Positions 38,158-49,410 are shown, counted from the stretch's first letter. The stretch: 55,117 bases of DNA from an uncultured Chitinophagaceae bacterium (GCA_964352775.1 CAYGTK010000006.1:1-55117); one strand, 5' to 3'. Numbers and translations are program-made. Notes: generated by a model not told the origin, from the sequence alone.

Positions 38158-39564
38158 TTAGAAATGGAAACGCATTAATGCTGTGTTAGCTGAAATGGTT
38201 GGCCTATCTGGGTTAAAGAACCCAAGCAGATCTCCCGTTCCGATGCCAATTTCAAATGCGGTGTTCTTACCCAATACAAAGTTTATCTGCATAGGAACTG
38301 ATACCTTTTCTGGCGTTCTTCCATCGTTAATAGTAACTCCAGTACGAACCAGAACCCAGTCAAATAGAGATAATTGAGTTCCAACACCTACCATGGCTTT
38401 ATCCAAGTTTCTAGGTGAGTCGTTTAATGGTGCTATAAAGTCAGCATAAAAGTCAATATACTTGTGCGGAGAGTAAGTTATACCCGTTATCATTTTTGCT
38501 GGTAACATCTCCGTTGCATTATTGTCACCTTCGTAGTAGAAGATGCCTTCATGCTCTAAATTGTTCAGGTCAACTAGATCTTGGTAGCTGCTAGCATCAG
38601 TTATTCTATCATTCAAGGTGAAGGGAGTTACTGGCCAATTCATTTTTCCAAGGTCAACGGCCGACATGCTTATTCTTATCTTATCATTATAGTCTATTGT
38701 GAAACCAACGTCGAAACCATAGCCTGTTCCCAGTTTGCTACCGCCATTATCAGCTGGCAGATTCACTATTTCATTAATGGCATCTTCTGGAATGTACTTT
38801 ATATCGGTCATGTACCCCGCTACTTCCCCATTGTTGATACTAAAGCCCATATCGTATTGGGTTAGTATCATTTTGAAACCAACACCACCATATAGCTTCC
38901 ACTTCTTCTTTTCTAATAGCTTTTTAGAATAATTCAAGTTGAACTCGTGGGTCACGCTCATTTTTATGCGTGTGTTGTTCAGTAATTGTAACACTTCCTC
39001 TGAGGTGAACTTATTGTCGTCATCAAGTTGCTCACGTATTAAGCCTACTACAGTATCAATGGCATATATACGTTGCCATTCGTCTACTACCACGTCCGAC
39101 CCGAGTTCATTTAAAACAGCACCCCCGCTAATGTTAGACTTCGCGTTGAAAGCAAATGATCCTGCTTTTTTGGTCTTCAAGCTAAAACCGAAGTAGGTAA
39201 TGTCTAGATTAACTTTCACATCGTCGCGAAATACATCTAATCCTGAAATGTTGTCTTTGGTTATAGGCTCTATATTTTCTCGTTGCGAGAATTCAAGCAC
39301 CTGCCCGTGAAGGTGAGTACGCTTAATAATGCTAGATTGAAGTGTACCAGTAATGTCCATCAAACCGAAAGTGGCTCGTTGGTCTTCTCTGTTGTACAAA
39401 CCAATGTTAGCGGGATTTATCCCAATAGCTTGGTATCCAAAACTTTTTGCTGAAAAGGTCAAGTCTCTATTGACCGGTATAAAATTCTGGGCGGCGGTTG
39501 GCATACCGATACCGATAATGAGACCCACGTAAACGAGGGCTTTGAATTTGCCTATCATCATCAC
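38158..39564 (-). CDS. DUF5723-like outer-membrane beta-barrel protein
   Basis: Signal peptide, AIGINPANIG, GTGYGFDVG, SAVDLGKMNW, LPAK and terminal F. Confidence 0.75.
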   Translation of the reverse strand: MMMIGKFKALVYVGLIIGIGMPTAAQNFIPVNRDLTFSAKSFGYQAIGINPANIGLYNREDQRATFGLMDITGTLQSSIIKRTHLHGQVLEFSQRENIEPITKDNISGLDVFRDDVKVNLDITYFGFSLKTKKAGSFAFNAKSNISGGAVLNELGSDVVVDEWQRIYAIDTVVGLIREQLDDDNKFTSEEVLQLLNNTRIKMSVTHEFNLNYSKKLLEKKKWKLYGGVGFKMILTQYDMGFSINNGEVAGYMTDIKYIPEDAINEIVNLPADNGGSKLGTGYGFDVGFTIDYNDKIRISMSAVDLGKMNWPVTPFTLNDRITDASSYQDLVDLNNLEHEGIFYYEGDNNATEMLPAKMITGITYSPHKYIDFYADFIAPLNDSPRNLDKAMVGVGTQLSLFDWVLVRTGVTINDGRTPEKVSVPMQINFVLGKNTAFEIGIGTGDLLGFFNPDRPTISANTALMRFHF

Positions 39565-39803
39565 TACACTTTAAACGAATTATCGTTTCTGTTCCTTCTA
39601 CACTTTATTCTCAAGAAGACAGGCAGGGATATATACGCAACTACGGGAAAAAGGTTACTATCTCGCCATAAAAACTAAGTAAAAAAGCGTAACTCCTCTT
39701 CTGCCGTGTAATATTCCCCCCTTATCCACACCAAATAAGGTAAAACCTCTGAATTGTATGTTGCCACAGTCTTAAGCCTTTTTAGTAATTTAAAGCTTTG
39801 GTT

Positions 39804-42800
39804 ATGAACTGGGGGAAAACACACGTATTATTACTTCTGTTAATGGGATTTTGCACATACGCAAATGCCCAACAGATACAATTATTCATTGAAGATTTTG
39901 AAGGAGGCAATCAGTTTTCTTTAAACAGTGATACCAATAGTGTGAACACAGGGGATAATCGCTGGATAGTGAATAGAGAATTTGACGGGCAAAATATTTA
40001 TCCCAATACTACTAGGCAAGACTCCGTTACCAGTGGAACCATTAATAATGCTCCTTTCAGCCGTTATCTGCATATTCGTGATAGTAGTTCTTTAGCGCAG
40101 AATGCAAGTTATAATCCAAGTAACGCCTCCGATAATTTTGCGGCCATGTCTAACGGGTTCTGTACACTTGGTTTACGAAATGTATCGCTCTCCTTTTTCT
40201 ATTTGGCAGAAGGAGATGCTGACGCTTATGGAGAAGTATACTATAGCGCCAATAATGGGCCTTGGGTTAAAACAGGAGCTGCAAAATATAACAATCAAGA
40301 TATTTGGCGATTTGTACCAAGCATCTCAGATACTGCATTTCAAGATGTAGAGGATTTGAGGTTTGGGTTTCGGTGGGTGAACGATGCATCTACTGATACG
40401 GCAAGTATTTCATTCTCGTTAGATGAGATACAAGTAGTAGCCAGCTATGATTCATCTGATGCTAATATTGGTATTTCAATCCCTTTGGTGCTAGGTACAC
40501 CAGTTTGTCAAGGCGAAACGTTCTTCTTTCAGTATGCTATAAACCAACCATTATGTAATGGTGTTTATCGCTTAGAAATATCCAATAGAAATGGTGGTTT
40601 TGTAAACCCAACAAACCTAGGAACGGTATCCTTGGGGCCTTTGGATACGCTAGGATTTTTCAGTGTTCCATTGCCGAATGCTATTGTTCCTGATACTTGC
40701 TACCGAATACGACTAATACGAACAGCCCCCTTTTATCAAGTTATTGGTGAGCAAAGTGCGTGCTTTCAGATATTGGACTGCCCAGTATCCGTAGAAACAC
40801 TTGCTGACCCTGTAGTGTTAACCGACCCTGATACAGCCTGTATTTACAGTGCAATTGATGTGCAGTTTTTATCCTTTGGGGTATTCAATCCGGGCAACTT
40901 ATATATAGCCGAGTTGATTGATTCTACCCCAGATTCAAATGGCATGTATCCCCCGCCTCAGCTTTTAGGCCAGCTGCCAAGTGCTGAAACTTTTGATAAT
41001 CCATTTATGCCAGGCAGCGTTTCGGGCTTGATACCATTAGTGCCACCTGGTTGTAACTATTATGTTCGTGTAAATTCTACTAACCCCCCAGCCTTTGGTA
41101 CTATTGTTGGCCCTTATTGCTTAACGGAGTGCGATGTATCTACCAATAATTATTTAGACCTAAGCCTTTGTATTAGCCAAACAGTTGGTATAGATACCGC
41201 TATAGCGGTAGACATCAATACTTTCGATACTACCTGCTATTTCAATGGCAACTCCTTTCAAGCTCAAGTGCTTGATAGAATGACTTTAGCTGTTATAAAT
41301 ACAGGAGAGTTAGGTGTGAAATTTGACACTACTTCAGGTCAGTTGATATTGAGTGTGCCGGGTCGTGATAGCCTTCCTTTCATTGGGATGAAGCCTGGTT
41401 CATTCTATTTAAGGATAGTAACAGATAGCACTTGCGAAGATTGGGATGAAACGGGTACTATAATTCGATTAACCATTGGTGCACCAAATGATGTAGCCTC
41501 TTTAGCTATTCCGAGCGATACTTTCTATTGTAATACAGAAATAGCATCATTCTTAATTCAACCCTATAACCAAGAATCGGATTATGAATGGCTTGCTTCA
41601 TGGATAAATAATGGAGTTGCTTTCGAGTGGCCGAATAACCCATTAAATGTGAATTTGACAGGAAGCCCCCCAGGGTTTTATGGTATTCGAGTGAGAGAGA
41701 ATAACTATGGTTGTTATGGTCCTTTCTCTCCTTTAACGGAGATAGCTATCGGAACAATACCTAGTATTGACATTACTGGCCCCACGGAAGTGTGTCAAGG
41801 AGATAGTGTGACTTACGATGTTCTATTTATTCCTGAAACATTCTATGGCTGGGGGTTGACTTGGGGAACAATAACGGACACATCGAATAACGAAATAACC
41901 ATAGTTTGGGATTCGGTTGGTACAGTAGACTTAAGTCTTACATCTTTAAACCAATGTGGTAATGGTCAAGGTGCCTATACGGTGAATATCAGTAAATTGG
42001 TTGACGTAGAGGCCTTTCAAGATACGGCAGTTTGTGAAGGGGAGCCCGTTAGTCTTACAGCAACAACTTCAGGGTTCCGTTCAGGCTTGACCACTACTTT
42101 TGCTGGAGGGCCATCCAACAGATCAGGTGCAATGTTCGATGTGAAAGCACTTGATGATGTAGTTATTAGGAATTTCTCCGCAAATATCCGAAAGCTTAAC
42201 GCAGCTATCAATACGGCTGACTTTGAGATTTACTACAAAACGGGTTCTTATGCTGGCTCAGAAAATGACCCTAGCGATTGGTCATTGTTAGACACGGCCA
42301 ATAATGTGCTGCTCGCCAATGTTAATAGCCCAACCAATATTCCTGGCGACCTTAACTTACCGTTAACACCTAATCGCACCTATGCTTTTTACATAACTAC
42401 AAGTACTACTAATGTGGTATTTGCTATGACAAATAACACCACAGGTAATAGCGTAATTGCCACCGATGGTATTATCGAAGTAACGGATGGTGATGGGTTG
42501 AATCACTCCTTTATTGACGATGTGAGTAATAGGATATTTAATGGAATAGTGAATTACGACACAGAGGCAGGTTTGCTTTTTGAATGGAGAGCCAGTAACG
42601 ATAGTATATTTAATGGTCGTACCATTACCGTTGAGCCATTTGATACAACAGCATATACCGTTAGTGTATTTGACACCTCTGGCTGTTCTACTCGCGATAA
42701 AGTAGAAGTGGTGACCTTCAAATACCCAGTGCCGGTAGTAGAAGCTAGTGATACACTTGTTTGTCCTGGTGATGTGGTGAGCTTAGTAGCACAAGGTGGG

Positions 42801-43253
42801 GATATTTACGATTGGAGCACTAGCGAGCAATTATCAGACCCTTCTATTTTCAATCCTACGGTAGCGCCAATAGAAAGTGCTACCTATAATGTGGCTATTA
42901 CGAACAGCGAAACTAAATGCACATCTACAGCTGATATTATAATAACTGTAGACGATTGTCAGCTAATAATACAAGTTGCAGAAGCATTTACACCTAACCA
43001 AGATGGCCGTAACGACTACTTTACCGTTTTTGGTGATGATATAGTTGATTACGAGATAAAGATATTTAACCGTTGGGGAGAGTTAGTTTACTACTCTGAT
43101 GATCCAGGCGAGCTGAATGACTTTAATGATGGTTGGGACGGTACTTACAAAGGCGAACCTCAAAAAATGGATACTTATGTGTATTTCATTGTTGCAAATG
43201 GCATCGGTGCGCAACAAACAGAACTTAAAGGTAACTTGACCCTGATAAGATAA
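39804..43253 (+). CDS. Large T9SS cargo with type B C-terminal domain (surface protein, Ig/PKD-like repeats)
   Basis: Signal peptide; CTD motifs EAFTPNQDGRND, IFNRWGELV, GWDG and KGNLTLIR. Confidence 0.92.
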   Translation: MNWGKTHVLLLLLMGFCTYANAQQIQLFIEDFEGGNQFSLNSDTNSVNTGDNRWIVNREFDGQNIYPNTTRQDSVTSGTINNAPFSRYLHIRDSSSLAQNASYNPSNASDNFAAMSNGFCTLGLRNVSLSFFYLAEGDADAYGEVYYSANNGPWVKTGAAKYNNQDIWRFVPSISDTAFQDVEDLRFGFRWVNDASTDTASISFSLDEIQVVASYDSSDANIGISIPLVLGTPVCQGETFFFQYAINQPLCNGVYRLEISNRNGGFVNPTNLGTVSLGPLDTLGFFSVPLPNAIVPDTCYRIRLIRTAPFYQVIGEQSACFQILDCPVSVETLADPVVLTDPDTACIYSAIDVQFLSFGVFNPGNLYIAELIDSTPDSNGMYPPPQLLGQLPSAETFDNPFMPGSVSGLIPLVPPGCNYYVRVNSTNPPAFGTIVGPYCLTECDVSTNNYLDLSLCISQTVGIDTAIAVDINTFDTTCYFNGNSFQAQVLDRMTLAVINTGELGVKFDTTSGQLILSVPGRDSLPFIGMKPGSFYLRIVTDSTCEDWDETGTIIRLTIGAPNDVASLAIPSDTFYCNTEIASFLIQPYNQESDYEWLASWINNGVAFEWPNNPLNVNLTGSPPGFYGIRVRENNYGCYGPFSPLTEIAIGTIPSIDITGPTEVCQGDSVTYDVLFIPETFYGWGLTWGTITDTSNNEITIVWDSVGTVDLSLTSLNQCGNGQGAYTVNISKLVDVEAFQDTAVCEGEPVSLTATTSGFRSGLTTTFAGGPSNRSGAMFDVKALDDVVIRNFSANIRKLNAAINTADFEIYYKTGSYAGSENDPSDWSLLDTANNVLLANVNSPTNIPGDLNLPLTPNRTYAFYITTSTTNVVFAMTNNTTGNSVIATDGIIEVTDGDGLNHSFIDDVSNRIFNGIVNYDTEAGLLFEWRASNDSIFNGRTITVEPFDTTAYTVSVFDTSGCSTRDKVEVVTFKYPVPVVEASDTLVCPGDVVSLVAQGGDIYDWSTSEQLSDPSIFNPTVAPIESATYNVAITNSETKCTSTADIIITVDDCQLIIQVAEAFTPNQDGRNDYFTVFGDDIVDYEIKIFNRWGELVYYSDDPGELNDFNDGWDGTYKGEPQKMDTYVYFIVANGIGAQQTELKGNLTLIR

Positions 43254-43255
43254 TT

Positions 43256-45985
43256 GTGCAACGGCAAATAGTACTGATTTTTGGAGTTATGATGTATTCT
43301 ATATTTGCTCAAGGGCAAATAGTGGGTGGAAGCGAGAATTTTACATCATTCCCAAACGACCGCGTTGAGATAACCCAACAACTAATTGATCTTACTCCCG
43401 CTGAATTATTTGATCATCCTGAATTCGGTACAAAACCTTATCGTACAGCCTGTGATGATTGTGTTGAGCTATTAAATAGAAGAACTTCAAACTCCCGTTA
43501 CTACATTGAGCCAGATGACAGTACTCATTTCTATGCCATGCAGTCATATAGCACGATTCACTATCAAGAAAATGGACGTTGGATAACCATTGACCCGAGA
43601 TTAAAACCTACCTCTACAGCAGGTGTATATACTACTGCCGGACAACGAGTACAGAAACGATTTGATACAAATACAGGTGCATCTGAAATGGTGTTTCAAG
43701 ATGCTTCTTTTAAGATGAATGAGAATTTGAGTTTGTATTTTACTGATGGACAAGGTAATGAAACGTGCATACCAAAAGCTGATAGCGACTACTTAACCGT
43801 TGGTTCCGCTGGAGCTCTACATCGGAACAAATGGAATAACATTGACCTTCAAGTGATCTACAAGGAAAACGCCGTCAAAACGAATATTATACTTAACGAA
43901 AAGCCTGATATTCCCAATACCGCGAAATGGTTTGTTTTAGAAGATATTATTGAAATGCCTGGTGGTGCAAGGTTAGAATTAGGAGATGGTGAGATGACTT
44001 TTTCTGGCGGATTCCAAGGTGAACTTGCAATAGTTAACGAACATGGAGAAAGAGCTATCATTTATGCCGAACCAATAGCCTTTGACAATAATGGAAATAG
44101 CTATTCTGCGTCTTATTCTTTTATAAAACTCGAAGATGGTAGATACGCTATAAGGACTAAGTTTTCAGTAGACCACCTACAAGATATAGGAACCACCTAC
44201 CCCGTAACTCTAGACCCTTTGGTATATGAGCGAGACAGTATAGGCTTCTTCAGCTTCACTGTTCCAGGTAGTGGTATGCCTGTACAAAGCAATGCTGACC
44301 TAAAATACACTCAATTTACATTAGGTAGCTGTGATTATACGGTTGTTGTTAATGTTCCTGCTGAAAGTACTCCCTTAAGAACACTAATAGACTTGGAATT
44401 TAATAATCCATCTACCGCGTGTAGAAATGGGAATGCTACTTGTGAGCGAACAGATATTCGAGTTCAGGTAGAAGGCCCTTGCGGTTCTACTCCTTTTTTA
44501 GCCTGTCAACCCGCTACCGTAGCACCTTTTGTAGGTACCTGCACTACCGACCCCAACAAAGTTCCAGGAGCTTCAGCTATTCCATTTTCTGGAATAGCCG
44601 ATTGTCTTACCCCGCAGTGTCCGCTTAATCCTGTAACTTTTACCCTTAAGAATCAGTCTTTACAATGCATGGAGACTTGCGACAACAACTGTGCGGTAGG
44701 CCGTTTTTGGGCAATAACACAAGAGGGAAGAACCCTTGAAGGGTTTACTACACTAGATAATATTACGACCATAGCTGTAGATGACGATACCACTTGCGCC
44801 GCTGGGCCAGTTCGCTTAACAGCTTTCCCTTCCTTTGGTGTACCGCCTTATTCTTATGAATGGTTTCCTACGGGAAATACAGATTCCAGCTTTTTGGTAT
44901 TCCCCGAAACGAATACTACTTATAAATGTATTATTTACGATCAGTGTGACTCAGTGCTTTCAGCTCAGGTTAATGTAATTGTAGTACCTACTCCACCTGC
45001 AGTTACAGGAGACTCTACGGCTATTTGTGTAGATGAGACTTTGGAACTGGGAGGTAACCCTACCAGCACGCCAGGCGCCACACTAACCTGGACGGCGGTA
45101 GCTCCTGCAAATGTGGGACAACTCTCTTCTACTACAGATCCTAATCCGACGTTTACTCCACCTGTGGGAGTTACAGGAAGCTTCAGTTTTCAATTAGAAG
45201 CTCGTGATAGTAATTGTGTTCGGATAAATACGATCGAAATACAAGTGGTTAACCCTCCAAACCCCGCAATTGTATCTTCTGATTCTACCTTTTGTGCTGG
45301 TACTGCGGTTACACTCTCTGTACCACAATCTTATACGGACTACTTATGGCCCGATGGATCAACGGATAGTACGTTTGTTGTCATGCAAGGTGGTTCTTAT
45401 CAAGCTACTGTTACCGATGGAGCTTGTGAGGGCGTTACAGGAAACCTCACTCTAACGGAGATACCTCCTTTTGAGGTAGATGCACTACCGAACGATACCA
45501 GTATAGAGCAAGGCAATTCTGTTAGGCTATATACTTCTGTACCATTAACCTCTTCTAGGGTCGATTCTTTTGCATGGGCACCTTTCGATTCGTTGACCTG
45601 TACCGATTGCCCTAATCCAATTACAACTCCGCAAGTAACTCAGAGCTATACGCTATATGTAGAGACTCCCGAAGGCTGTATAACTATTGATTCTGCGCTT
45701 GTACAAGTGGTTTTGCCAGATGCCTATTTCATCTATTCTGCATTCAGCCCTAATGGCGATGGTATGAACGATGAGTTCTGGTTATTCTCTGCTAGTGGGG
45801 TCGAGGTGCTCGAGTTTCAAGTATATAATCGTTGGGGAGAGCGGGTTCACGAAGGCGCTACCCCTTGGGATGGCAACTACGATGGTGTGCCAATGCCACT
45901 AGAAACGTATACCTTCTATTTCCGCTTGGCCTTACCTGGCGATAAAGAGGTAGTGGAGAAAGGAACGGTGGTTCTATTGCGTTAA
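43256..45985 (+). CDS. Cys-rich T9SS cargo with type B C-terminal domain
   Basis: Signal peptide, LTCTDCPNP, AFSPNGDGMND, VYNRWGE and KGTVVLLR. Confidence 0.92.
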   Translation: MQRQIVLIFGVMMYSIFAQGQIVGGSENFTSFPNDRVEITQQLIDLTPAELFDHPEFGTKPYRTACDDCVELLNRRTSNSRYYIEPDDSTHFYAMQSYSTIHYQENGRWITIDPRLKPTSTAGVYTTAGQRVQKRFDTNTGASEMVFQDASFKMNENLSLYFTDGQGNETCIPKADSDYLTVGSAGALHRNKWNNIDLQVIYKENAVKTNIILNEKPDIPNTAKWFVLEDIIEMPGGARLELGDGEMTFSGGFQGELAIVNEHGERAIIYAEPIAFDNNGNSYSASYSFIKLEDGRYAIRTKFSVDHLQDIGTTYPVTLDPLVYERDSIGFFSFTVPGSGMPVQSNADLKYTQFTLGSCDYTVVVNVPAESTPLRTLIDLEFNNPSTACRNGNATCERTDIRVQVEGPCGSTPFLACQPATVAPFVGTCTTDPNKVPGASAIPFSGIADCLTPQCPLNPVTFTLKNQSLQCMETCDNNCAVGRFWAITQEGRTLEGFTTLDNITTIAVDDDTTCAAGPVRLTAFPSFGVPPYSYEWFPTGNTDSSFLVFPETNTTYKCIIYDQCDSVLSAQVNVIVVPTPPAVTGDSTAICVDETLELGGNPTSTPGATLTWTAVAPANVGQLSSTTDPNPTFTPPVGVTGSFSFQLEARDSNCVRINTIEIQVVNPPNPAIVSSDSTFCAGTAVTLSVPQSYTDYLWPDGSTDSTFVVMQGGSYQATVTDGACEGVTGNLTLTEIPPFEVDALPNDTSIEQGNSVRLYTSVPLTSSRVDSFAWAPFDSLTCTDCPNPITTPQVTQSYTLYVETPEGCITIDSALVQVVLPDAYFIYSAFSPNGDGMNDEFWLFSASGVEVLEFQVYNRWGERVHEGATPWDGNYDGVPMPLETYTFYFRLALPGDKEVVEKGTVVLLR

Positions 45986-46059
45986 ATTCCGTTAAAGCTT
46001 GCTTAATTAGATACCAATGCTTTGAACCAACACGTTCAACTTGCGTTATCGCATAGCTT

Positions 46060-47115
46060 ATGGATAGTACAAAAGACCTAACTTTGCTAGCTGAAACCAG
46101 CATGATGAACGAAGATCAGGAATCGGCAAGAAAGAAGGACCATATAGACCTGGCCTTCCGCTCACAGATATTAAAGGGACAATTAGACGACCGCTTTAAC
46201 TACGAGCCTATGCTGGCTGGTTTCCCCAATTCAGCCTTACAGCCTGTAAATTTTGCAGGTAAAGAAATGAAAGCCCCCATCTGGATCTCCAGCATGACGG
46301 GTGGAACGGAATTAGCAGGAAAGATCAATAAAAATCTAGCCCAAGCTTGTGCCGAATATGGTTTAGGCATGGGCCTCGGCTCTTGCCGCATCATATTAGA
46401 GGATGACACCTATTTTGAAGACTTCAACCTGCGACCTATAATTGGAAGAGATAATCCATTCTACGCTAACCTAGGTATAGCCCAAGTAGAGCAATTATTG
46501 GCGAAAGGAGAGGGAGATAAGATAGCCTCCTTAGTTTATAAGTTAAAGGCAGATGGACTATTCATTCACGTTAACCCACTACAAGAGTGGCTACAACCAG
46601 AGGGAGACATCATCAAGCGCTCGCCATTAGATACTGTTCAACAATTTTTGGAAGACTATAACATTCCAGTTATTGTAAAGGAAGTAGGTCAAGGGATGGG
46701 CCCTGCTAGTTTGAAAGCTTTGTTACAAATGCCATTAGCAGCAATTGACTTCGCTGCACACGGAGGCACCAACTTCTCAAAAGTAGAATTACTAAGAAGC
46801 GAACCCGAAAAGCAGGAACTGTATGAGTCGGTGGCCAACCTAGGGCATGGTGCAGAAGAGATGGTGAACTTGGTGAATAGCTTGGTACATGAATTAGGCG
46901 ATAAGGTACAATGCAAGCAATTGCTCATTTCTGGCGGTGTAAAAGACTTTTTAGATGGCTATTACCTCACTAGTAAGTCGAGCCTACCAGCTATATATGG
47001 TCAAGGTTCTGCCTTTTTGAAAAGGGCGCAAATTAGTTACGAAGCCGTACAGGCTTATGTTGAAATGCAAATACGAGGATTACAATTGGCCCAAGCCTAC
47101 CTAACGGTGAAATAG
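46060..47115 (+). CDS. fni: Type 2 (FMN-dependent) isopentenyl-diphosphate isomerase
   Basis: RKKDHI, SSMTGG, MGLGS, ANLG, IHVNPLQE.LQPEGD, KEVGQG and GGTNF. Confidence 0.95.
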   Translation: MDSTKDLTLLAETSMMNEDQESARKKDHIDLAFRSQILKGQLDDRFNYEPMLAGFPNSALQPVNFAGKEMKAPIWISSMTGGTELAGKINKNLAQACAEYGLGMGLGSCRIILEDDTYFEDFNLRPIIGRDNPFYANLGIAQVEQLLAKGEGDKIASLVYKLKADGLFIHVNPLQEWLQPEGDIIKRSPLDTVQQFLEDYNIPVIVKEVGQGMGPASLKALLQMPLAAIDFAAHGGTNFSKVELLRSEPEKQELYESVANLGHGAEEMVNLVNSLVHELGDKVQCKQLLISGGVKDFLDGYYLTSKSSLPAIYGQGSAFLKRAQISYEAVQAYVEMQIRGLQLAQAYLTVK

Positions 47116-47146
47116 GGCTAAATTTGTTATCGGATAAAACGACATC

Positions 47147-48484
47147 ATGAAGGTAATTGAAGGATTTTCCAAACTATCAAAACAAGGCAAGCTAGAGTGG
47201 TTGGCGCATGAGTTCTATGAACAGCCAGAAGACATAGTAGAGCAGTTTCAGTCGTATTGGCACGATGACCCCAAGCAACAGAAATTGTTTGATGAATTCA
47301 GCGAGAATACTATTACTAATTTCTATATGCCTTTTGGTATTGCCCCTAACTTCTTGATAAACGATAAGCTGTATGCTCTCCCAATGGTTATTGAGGAAAG
47401 TTCAGTAGTAGCAGCTGCTTCAAAGGCAGCCAAATACTGGAAAGAACGCGGTGGATTTCATGCGGAGATAGTAGGTACGGAGAAGATCGGACAAGTACAC
47501 TTTACTTGGAAAGGCACAAAGCAGAGTTTAGAGAAGTTCTTTTCTGCCATTAAGCCCACCTTGATCAGTAATGCTAAGTCCATCACAGCCAATATGGAGT
47601 CTCGCGGTGGTGGTATATCTAATATTGAGCTGGTAGACATGACGGAGCACGAAGCTGACTATTACCAGCTAAAATGCACTTTTGAAACAGTAGATGCGAT
47701 GGGGGCCAACTTCATCAATTCCCTATTAGAAAGTTTTGCAGGCTCTCTACAAGAAGAAGCCATCAATTTTGAAGGGTTAACAGAAGATGAACGTGATGTG
47801 AAGATCATCATGTCCATCCTATCTAATTACACTCCTAACTGCAGGGTTAAAACTTGGGTGACTTGCCCAATAGCTGACCTTGGTACTTTCGACGGTGGTA
47901 GCGTTGGCCCAGAAGAATTTGCGAAGAAATTTGCCCTAGGTGCTAGAATTGCCGAAGTAGACCCGCACCGAGCAACCACACATAACAAAGGCATCTTTAA
48001 TGGCGTGGATTCAGTAGTGCTTGCCACAGGAAACGACTTTAGAGCCGTAGAAGCATGTGGGCATACCTATGCTGCCCGCAACGGACAGTACAGTAGCTTG
48101 ACCTATTTAGATCTAAGCAACGATACCTTTACCTACACCCTTGAAATTCCATTGGCAGTAGGAACGGTTGGTGGACTCACTACCCTCCACCCCGTATCTA
48201 AACGCTCGCTTGAAATGTTAGGTCATCCATCTGCATCTGAGTTGATGATGATAGCTGCAGTGGCTGGACTAGCTAACAACTTCTCAGCCATCAAATCTTT
48301 GGTAACCGTAGGTATTCAAAAAGGGCATATGAAAATGCACCTCTTGAACATCTTAAAGAATTTTGAAGCTACCGAGCCAGAAGTTGAAGAAGCAAAGGAA
48401 TACTTCAAAACACATGTGGTTTCCTACACCGAAGTACGCAAGTTCATCGAACTAGTTCGTGACAATAAGCCTGAATTTAACTAG
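47147..48484 (+). CDS. mvaA: Class II HMG-CoA reductase
   Basis: EESSVVAAAS, DAMGAN, RATTHNKGIFNG, ATGNDFRA and GIQKGHM. Confidence 0.95.
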   Translation: MKVIEGFSKLSKQGKLEWLAHEFYEQPEDIVEQFQSYWHDDPKQQKLFDEFSENTITNFYMPFGIAPNFLINDKLYALPMVIEESSVVAAASKAAKYWKERGGFHAEIVGTEKIGQVHFTWKGTKQSLEKFFSAIKPTLISNAKSITANMESRGGGISNIELVDMTEHEADYYQLKCTFETVDAMGANFINSLLESFAGSLQEEAINFEGLTEDERDVKIIMSILSNYTPNCRVKTWVTCPIADLGTFDGGSVGPEEFAKKFALGARIAEVDPHRATTHNKGIFNGVDSVVLATGNDFRAVEACGHTYAARNGQYSSLTYLDLSNDTFTYTLEIPLAVGTVGGLTTLHPVSKRSLEMLGHPSASELMMIAAVAGLANNFSAIKSLVTVGIQKGHMKMHLLNILKNFEATEPEVEEAKEYFKTHVVSYTEVRKFIELVRDNKPEFN

Positions 48485-48489
48485 CCCTT

Positions 48490-49410
48490 TTGGAAACCCT
48501 CACATCCTTTTACGCCCACGGTAAATTACTCTTGAGCGGGGAGTATTTTGTACTTGATGGAGCTAAGGCATTAGCTATTCCCACACGCTATGGTCAGCAA
48601 CTGGAAGTAGCTAAAGGAGATAAAACGGGTATCCTTTCTTGGAATAGTATCGACCATACAGGAAATATTTGGTTGACAATAGAAATTTCTTTAGATACTC
48701 TTCAACCTATTGAAAATAAAGGGGAGTCGGAATTACTCATCAAACTACTTCAAACAGCGAAAAGCTTAAATAGCAGCTTCTTAAAAGGAGAAAATGCAAT
48801 AGAGGCGACCACTAAACTAGAGTTTCCTAATGATTGGGGCTTGGGCAGTAGTTCTACCTTAATATCACTTATAGCGCAATGGGCAGCCGTAGATGCTTTT
48901 GAATTGCAAAAAGCCTGTTTAGCAGGTTCAGGCTACGACATTGCTTGTGCCACATCTAAAAAATCCATCCTCTATCATTTGGAAGAACAGCAACCCAAAT
49001 GGGAAGAAAAGGAATTCAAACCACCCTTTCTCGACCAACTCTATTTTATCCATTTAGGTAAAAAGCAGAACAGTCGTGAGGGTATTGAGCACTACCGTAA
49101 ATGGGAGGGCGATAAGCCAAAGTTCACCAAGTGGATCAGCAGTATATCAGAGGAGTTCCTGTTTACAGAGAACCTGGCTGTTTTTGAAGACCTATTAGTA
49201 GAGCATGAAGAACTGGTTTCAGGAATACTTGACCTGAAAATGGCGAAGCAATTACACTTTGCCGACTACTGGGGAGCAATCAAGTCGCTTGGTGCATGGG
49301 GTGGCGATTTTGTGCTGGCTACCAGTGCCGAAAGTGAGCAGAAAACAAAACACTACTTTGAACAAAAGGGTTACAGTACCATTATCCCTTTTCGTGAAAT
49401 GATCGTATAA
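48490..49410 (+). CDS. GYDIA family GHMP kinase (candidate phosphomevalonate kinase)
   Basis: GKLLLSGEY, WGLGSSS, GSGYDIACA and KSLGAWGGD. Confidence 0.9.
   Translation: METLTSFYAHGKLLLSGEYFVLDGAKALAIPTRYGQQLEVAKGDKTGILSWNSIDHTGNIWLTIEISLDTLQPIENKGESELLIKLLQTAKSLNSSFLKGENAIEATTKLEFPNDWGLGSSSTLISLIAQWAAVDAFELQKACLAGSGYDIACATSKKSILYHLEEQQPKWEEKEFKPPFLDQLYFIHLGKKQNSREGIEHYRKWEGDKPKFTKWISSISEEFLFTENLAVFEDLLVEHEELVSGILDLKMAKQLHFADYWGAIKSLGAWGGDFVLATSAESEQKTKHYFEQKGYSTIIPFREMIV

Noticed and set aside
39722-39730. Perfect DnaA box ttatccaca
   Set aside because: A single copy with no box cluster or origin-associated genes, so it is not evidence for oriC.
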